Source: Escherichia coli O157
GTDB lineage: Bacteria; Pseudomonadota; Gammaproteobacteria; Enterobacterales; Enterobacteriaceae
Length of the DNA stretch: 24,000 bases
Assembly: GCF_008727195.1 (NCBI RefSeq)
Contig: NZ_CP044148.1
Direction: 5' to 3' (one strand)
The position numbers were made by a program, and so were the translations under genes. Below, in pieces: positions 20,314-24,000 of this stretch; the first letter of the stretch is position 1, and each line of letters starts with the position of its first letter. The notes below the pieces were generated by a model. That model was not told where the DNA came from and made no database searches. It saw nothing but the letters and a program-made list of their open reading frames with translations.

Positions 20314-21510
20314 TCAGGCGATAACGCCCAGTTGTTTACCAATACGCGTGAATGCTTCTACTGCACGCGTAATTTGCTCAGGGGTATGCGCCGCAGACAT
20401 CTGGGTACGAATACGCGCCTGACCTTTCGGAACGACCGGATAGAAGAAACCGGTGACGTAAATGCCCTCTTTTTGCAGCTCACGGGCAAATTTCTGCGCC
20501 ACTACTGCATCGCCAAGCATGACCGGAATAATGGCATGATCGGCTCCCGCCAGGGTAAAGCCCGCCGCCGACATTTGCTCACGGAACTGGCGCGCGTTCG
20601 CCCACAGACGGTCACGCAGTTCGCTGCCCGCTTCGACCATCTCCAGTACTTTGATGGACGCGGCAACAATGGCCGGTGCCAGCGAGTTGGAGAACAGGTA
20701 CGGACGAGAACGCTGGCGCAGCCACTCAACCACCTCTTTGCGCGCCGCGGTATAACCACCAGAAGCCCCGCCCAGCGCTTTACCAAGCGTACCGGTGATA
20801 ATATCGACCCGGCCCATCACATCGCAGTATTCATGGGAACCACGACCATTTTCACCGACAAAACCGACCGCGTGGGAGTCATCCACCATCACCAGGGCAT
20901 CGTATTTATCTGCCAGATCGCAAACGCCTTTCAGGTTGGCAATCACGCCGTCCATTGAGAACACACCATCGGTGGCAATCAGCACATGACGCGCACCGGC
21001 TTCACGCGCTTCTTTCAGACGTGCTTCCAGCTCCTGCATATCGTTGTTGGCATAGCGATAGCGTTTAGCTTTGCACAGACGCACACCATCAATAATAGAC
21101 GCGTGGTTCAGTGCGTCGGAGATAATGGCGTCTTCCGCACCCAGCAGCGTTTCAAACAGTCCACCGTTAGCATCAAAGCAGGAAGAGTAGAGAATCGCAT
21201 CTTCCATCCCCAGGAATGCCGCCAGTTTTTGTTCAAGCTCTTTATGGCTGTCCTGAGTGCCGCAAATAAAACGCACCGAAGCCATGCCGAAACCGTGAGA
21301 ATCCATTCCCGCCTTTGCTGCCGCAATCAGATCCGGATGATTCGCCAGCCCGAGATAGTTGTTGGCACAAAAGTTAATGACGTGGCTTCCATCAGCCACA
21401 GTGATATCTGCTTGCTGCGCAGACGTAATAATGCGCTCTTCTTTAAACAACCCTTCCGCCCGTGCGGTTTCCAGATCGTTGGTTAACTGCTGATAAAATT
21501 CTCCACGCAT
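20314..21510 (-). CDS. kbl: 2-amino-3-ketobutyrate CoA ligase (glycine C-acetyltransferase), PLP-dependent
   Basis: The 398-aa protein [32 protein letters not shown].. lies 9 nt upstream of tdh, as in the kbl-tdh operon. Confidence 0.97.
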   Translation of the reverse strand: MRGEFYQQLTNDLETARAEGLFKEERIITSAQQADITVADGSHVINFCANNYLGLANHPDLIAAAKAGMDSHGFGMASVRFICGTQDSHKELEQKLAAFLGMEDAILYSSCFDANGGLFETLLGAEDAIISDALNHASIIDGVRLCKAKRYRYANNDMQELEARLKEAREAGARHVLIATDGVFSMDGVIANLKGVCDLADKYDALVMVDDSHAVGFVGENGRGSHEYCDVMGRVDIITGTLGKALGGASGGYTAARKEVVEWLRQRSRPYLFSNSLAPAIVAASIKVLEMVEAGSELRDRLWANARQFREQMSAAGFTLAGADHAIIPVMLGDAVVAQKFARELQKEGIYVTGFFYPVVPKGQARIRTQMSAAHTPEQITRAVEAFTRIGKQLGVIA

Positions 21511-21711
21511 TGCGATTCTCCAGACAGGGCAAATTCCAGCACATATTACCCAAACTTATAGGTCGCGACGAGATGACGCGTTAACTCTTCTGCAAAATTC
21601 AGGATAAATGACGTGTAACTTGATGTCTCTCAACACCTACAGATAGTAGAAAAACTGTACAGTTTTGGCTGGGCATAATGATGATTGATTTTACTGCATT
21701 GATATAAAAAG

Positions 21712-21738
21712 AAAAAATGATGCCAAAGCATCATTTTT
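21712..21738 (-). terminator. Rho-independent terminator after htrL (symmetric A-run/T-run, could act in both directions)
   Basis: The sequence is AAAAAATGATGC-caaa-GCATCATTTTT. The stem AATGATGC pairs with GCATCATT and has flanking T-runs on both strands. Confidence 0.7.
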
Positions 21739-21784
21739 CCTATCTCAGTTGGTATCAAAACGCTACCCACTAATGGAGGGAAAC

Positions 21785-22642
21785 CTATTTTCTTGAAAGG
21801 AAAATTCTCAGCGCCTGCATTTTTGCCCCTAAAGTGTTACTCCTGAAGCAGCGAAACAAATCGAACCATTTTCCTCTCCCCAGATAGTTTAGGTTGAAGA
21901 GATCGGGGCGTTTGTAATAGCACATGACAAAAATGCCCTGGTCATCATCCACAATGTTATTATTTAGTGTTATTTTTTGACTTTCCAGAACTAATTTATA
22001 GAATTCTTTCCATTTATGCTGTGAACCAACAATTGCGCCCCCAATAATATATACATGATTGCCAATCATGAAATCAAAAACCTGTTGTTGAGATGTGACA
22101 GTAAGCCCTTTTTTTATAGTGAAAAGATGCATCTTACTTTCATCAAATGGGAAATCCCAAATTTTCAATCCTCGAGTTACATTTGGCTTACGGCAATAGC
22201 CAAAATCTATCCACGCAACAAGAGGCGTTTTCACTAAGCCCATGTTGATAGCTTTATTTACAAAATAGGCCTTAAGGTTACATACCAAAACATACTCTGG
22301 TGACCAGTACTCTGGGTTTTTTAATTGTCGAGGCTCAAGTCTATTTGTAAACGACTCATCTTTTTGAATTTTTTCGATACGACTTCTGATATATCTAAAT
22401 TTCTTTTTTATATCGATAACGATAACCGTTGTTGGTTTTCCGTTGCGAATCGCTTCAACCCTTGGTTTCAAATCGGGAGAAGTGAAAATAATCATCTCAT
22501 TTTCAAGTGCGGCCAGACGCTCAAAGTAACTAAAATAAACATCAACTGAACGAGCTAGTTTTTCACGGAACCCTTTATTAGCAGTCCAATCCCCTCTACC
22601 AATGTCAAAATATGCAGTGATAATTGTGGTGGATGATTTCAT
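21785..22642 (-). CDS. htrL: HtrL/YibB family protein (LPS-related, function poorly defined)
   Basis: The 285-aa product runs from the ATG at 22642 (MKSSTTIITAYFDIGRGDWTANKGF..). An alternative ATG lies 5 codons upstream at 22657. The gene is markedly AT-rich, like neighbouring LPS genes. Confidence 0.85.
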   Translation of the reverse strand: MKSSTTIITAYFDIGRGDWTANKGFREKLARSVDVYFSYFERLAALENEMIIFTSPDLKPRVEAIRNGKPTTVIVIDIKKKFRYIRSRIEKIQKDESFTNRLEPRQLKNPEYWSPEYVLVCNLKAYFVNKAINMGLVKTPLVAWIDFGYCRKPNVTRGLKIWDFPFDESKMHLFTIKKGLTVTSQQQVFDFMIGNHVYIIGGAIVGSQHKWKEFYKLVLESQKITLNNNIVDDDQGIFVMCYYKRPDLFNLNYLGRGKWFDLFRCFRSNTLGAKMQALRIFLSRK

Positions 22643-22945
22643 TACTAATAAGACCATTAATATAAAAAAAGAATTATATCATAAATATTAACAGAATGTA
22701 TACTGTATATTATCCATTCAAATGCTTCCGTTATTTATCATACATCGGAATATTGATACTAAAGCACTATTCACATGCAAAACCAACATCCGCCATGAAG
22801 GACTAGCTAAAACCCAAACTAGTTTGTTGCAATTAGCATCCTTGCACCTCTATGTAAAGGGCTGAAGGGATTCGGATGTGATGGTATGATTACAGACATT
22901 CGTGTCTGAGATTGTCTCTGACTCCATAATTCGAAGGTTACAGTT

Positions 22946-23878
22946 ATGATCATCGTTACCGGCGGCGCGGGCTTTATCGGCAGCAACATCGTTAAAGCCC
23001 TGAATGATAAAGGCATCACCGATATTCTGGTGGTGGACAACCTGAAAGACGGCACCAAGTTTGTGAACCTGGTGGATCTGAATATCGCAGACTATATGGA
23101 TAAGGAAGACTTCCTGATCCAGATTATGGCTGGCGAAGAGTTCGGCGATGTCGAAGCGATTTTCCACGAAGGCGCGTGCTCTTCCACCACCGAGTGGGAC
23201 GGCAAGTATATGATGGATAACAACTATCAATACTCCAGGGAGCTGCTGCACTACTGCCTGGAGCGTGAAATCCCGTTCCTGTACGCTTCTTCCGCAGCCA
23301 CCTACGGCGGACGCACCTCCGACTTTATTGAATCCCGCGAGTACGAAAAACCGTTGAACGTCTACGGTTACTCAAAATTCCTGTTTGATGAATATGTTCG
23401 CCAAATCCTGCCGGAAGCGAACTCGCAGATTGTTGGCTTCCGCTATTTCAACGTTTATGGACCGCGTGAAGGCCATAAAGGCAGCATGGCGAGCGTCGCT
23501 TTCCATCTCAACACCCAGCTTAATAACGGTGAATCACCGAAGCTGTTCGAAGGTAGCGAGAACTTTAAACGCGACTTCGTCTATGTTGGCGATGTGGCAG
23601 ATGTAAACCTGTGGTTCCTGGAAAATGGCGTTTCCGGCATCTTCAACCTCGGCACCGGTCGTGCGGAATCCTTCCAGGCTGTAGCTGATGCTACGCTGGC
23701 TTATCACAAGAAAGGCCAGATCGAATACATTCCGTTCCCGGATAAGCTGAAAGGCCGCTACCAGGCGTTCACTCAGGCAGATCTGACAAATCTGCGCGCG
23801 GCGGGTTACGACAAACCGTTCAAAACCGTTGCTGAAGGTGTAACGGAATACATGGCCTGGCTGAATCGCGACGCATAA
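22946..23878 (+). CDS. hldD: ADP-L-glycero-D-manno-heptose 6-epimerase (SDR family)
   Basis: The 310-aa protein [33 protein letters not shown].. is recognised as RfaD/HldD. Confidence 0.97.
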   Translation: MIIVTGGAGFIGSNIVKALNDKGITDILVVDNLKDGTKFVNLVDLNIADYMDKEDFLIQIMAGEEFGDVEAIFHEGACSSTTEWDGKYMMDNNYQYSRELLHYCLEREIPFLYASSAATYGGRTSDFIESREYEKPLNVYGYSKFLFDEYVRQILPEANSQIVGFRYFNVYGPREGHKGSMASVAFHLNTQLNNGESPKLFEGSENFKRDFVYVGDVADVNLWFLENGVSGIFNLGTGRAESFQAVADATLAYHKKGQIEYIPFPDKLKGRYQAFTQADLTNLRAAGYDKPFKTVAEGVTEYMAWLNRDA

Positions 23879-23887
23879 GAGCTCTGC

Positions 23888-24000
23888 ATGAAAATACTGG
23901 TGATCGGCCCGTCTTGGGTTGGCGACATGATGATGTCGCAAAGTCTCTATCGCACGCTCCAGGCGCGCTATCCCCAGGCGATAATCGATGTGATGGCACC
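23888..24000 (+). CDS. waaF: ADP-heptose:LPS heptosyltransferase II, 5' fragment truncated by the window end
   Basis: The ATG at 23888 opens MKILVIGPSWVGDMMMSQSLYRTLQARYPQAIIDVMAP.., 9 nt after the hldD stop. Confidence 0.9.
   Translation, partial: MKILVIGPSWVGDMMMSQSLYRTLQARYPQAIIDVMA

Noticed and set aside
22699-22716. TACTGTATATTATCCAT in the htrL-hldD spacer, resembling the left half of a LexA SOS box
   Set aside because: The right half lacks the required ACAG at the N8 spacing (it reads CCAT), so it is not a CTGT-N8-ACAG site.

Overview
This window reads as an Escherichia coli (or Shigella) chromosomal segment, collinear with the K-12 region lldPRD-trmL-cysE-gpsA-secB-grxC-yibN-gpmM-envC-yibQ-waaH-tdh-kbl-htrL-hldD-waaF. 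I recognise these genes from their protein sequences. All are intact except waaH, which has an altered C-terminal tail. The only accessory part is the left ~6.1 kb. It holds a very AT-rich upstream region and a two-gene adhesin operon: a SadB-like inner-membrane lipoprotein gene, then a giant YadA-family trimeric autotransporter adhesin (EhaG/UpaG type). Both adhesin-operon genes are damaged. The lipoprotein gene has an in-frame TAG at codon 3. The adhesin gene is split by a 1-nt frameshift in a G5 run, and one extra G would restore a 1588-codon frame. The adhesin stalk also contains a tandem module series of 92/85/78 aa that differ by whole 21-nt heptad units. I found no evidence for a new multi-gene system such as defence, toxin-antitoxin, CRISPR or a mobile element. 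Every remaining long ORF in the six-frame track is a shadow of a recognised gene. Minor items worth a look are a perfect 16-bp palindrome upstream of kbl, a hairpin covering the trmL ribosome-binding site, and the homopolymer-linked change in the waaH tail.
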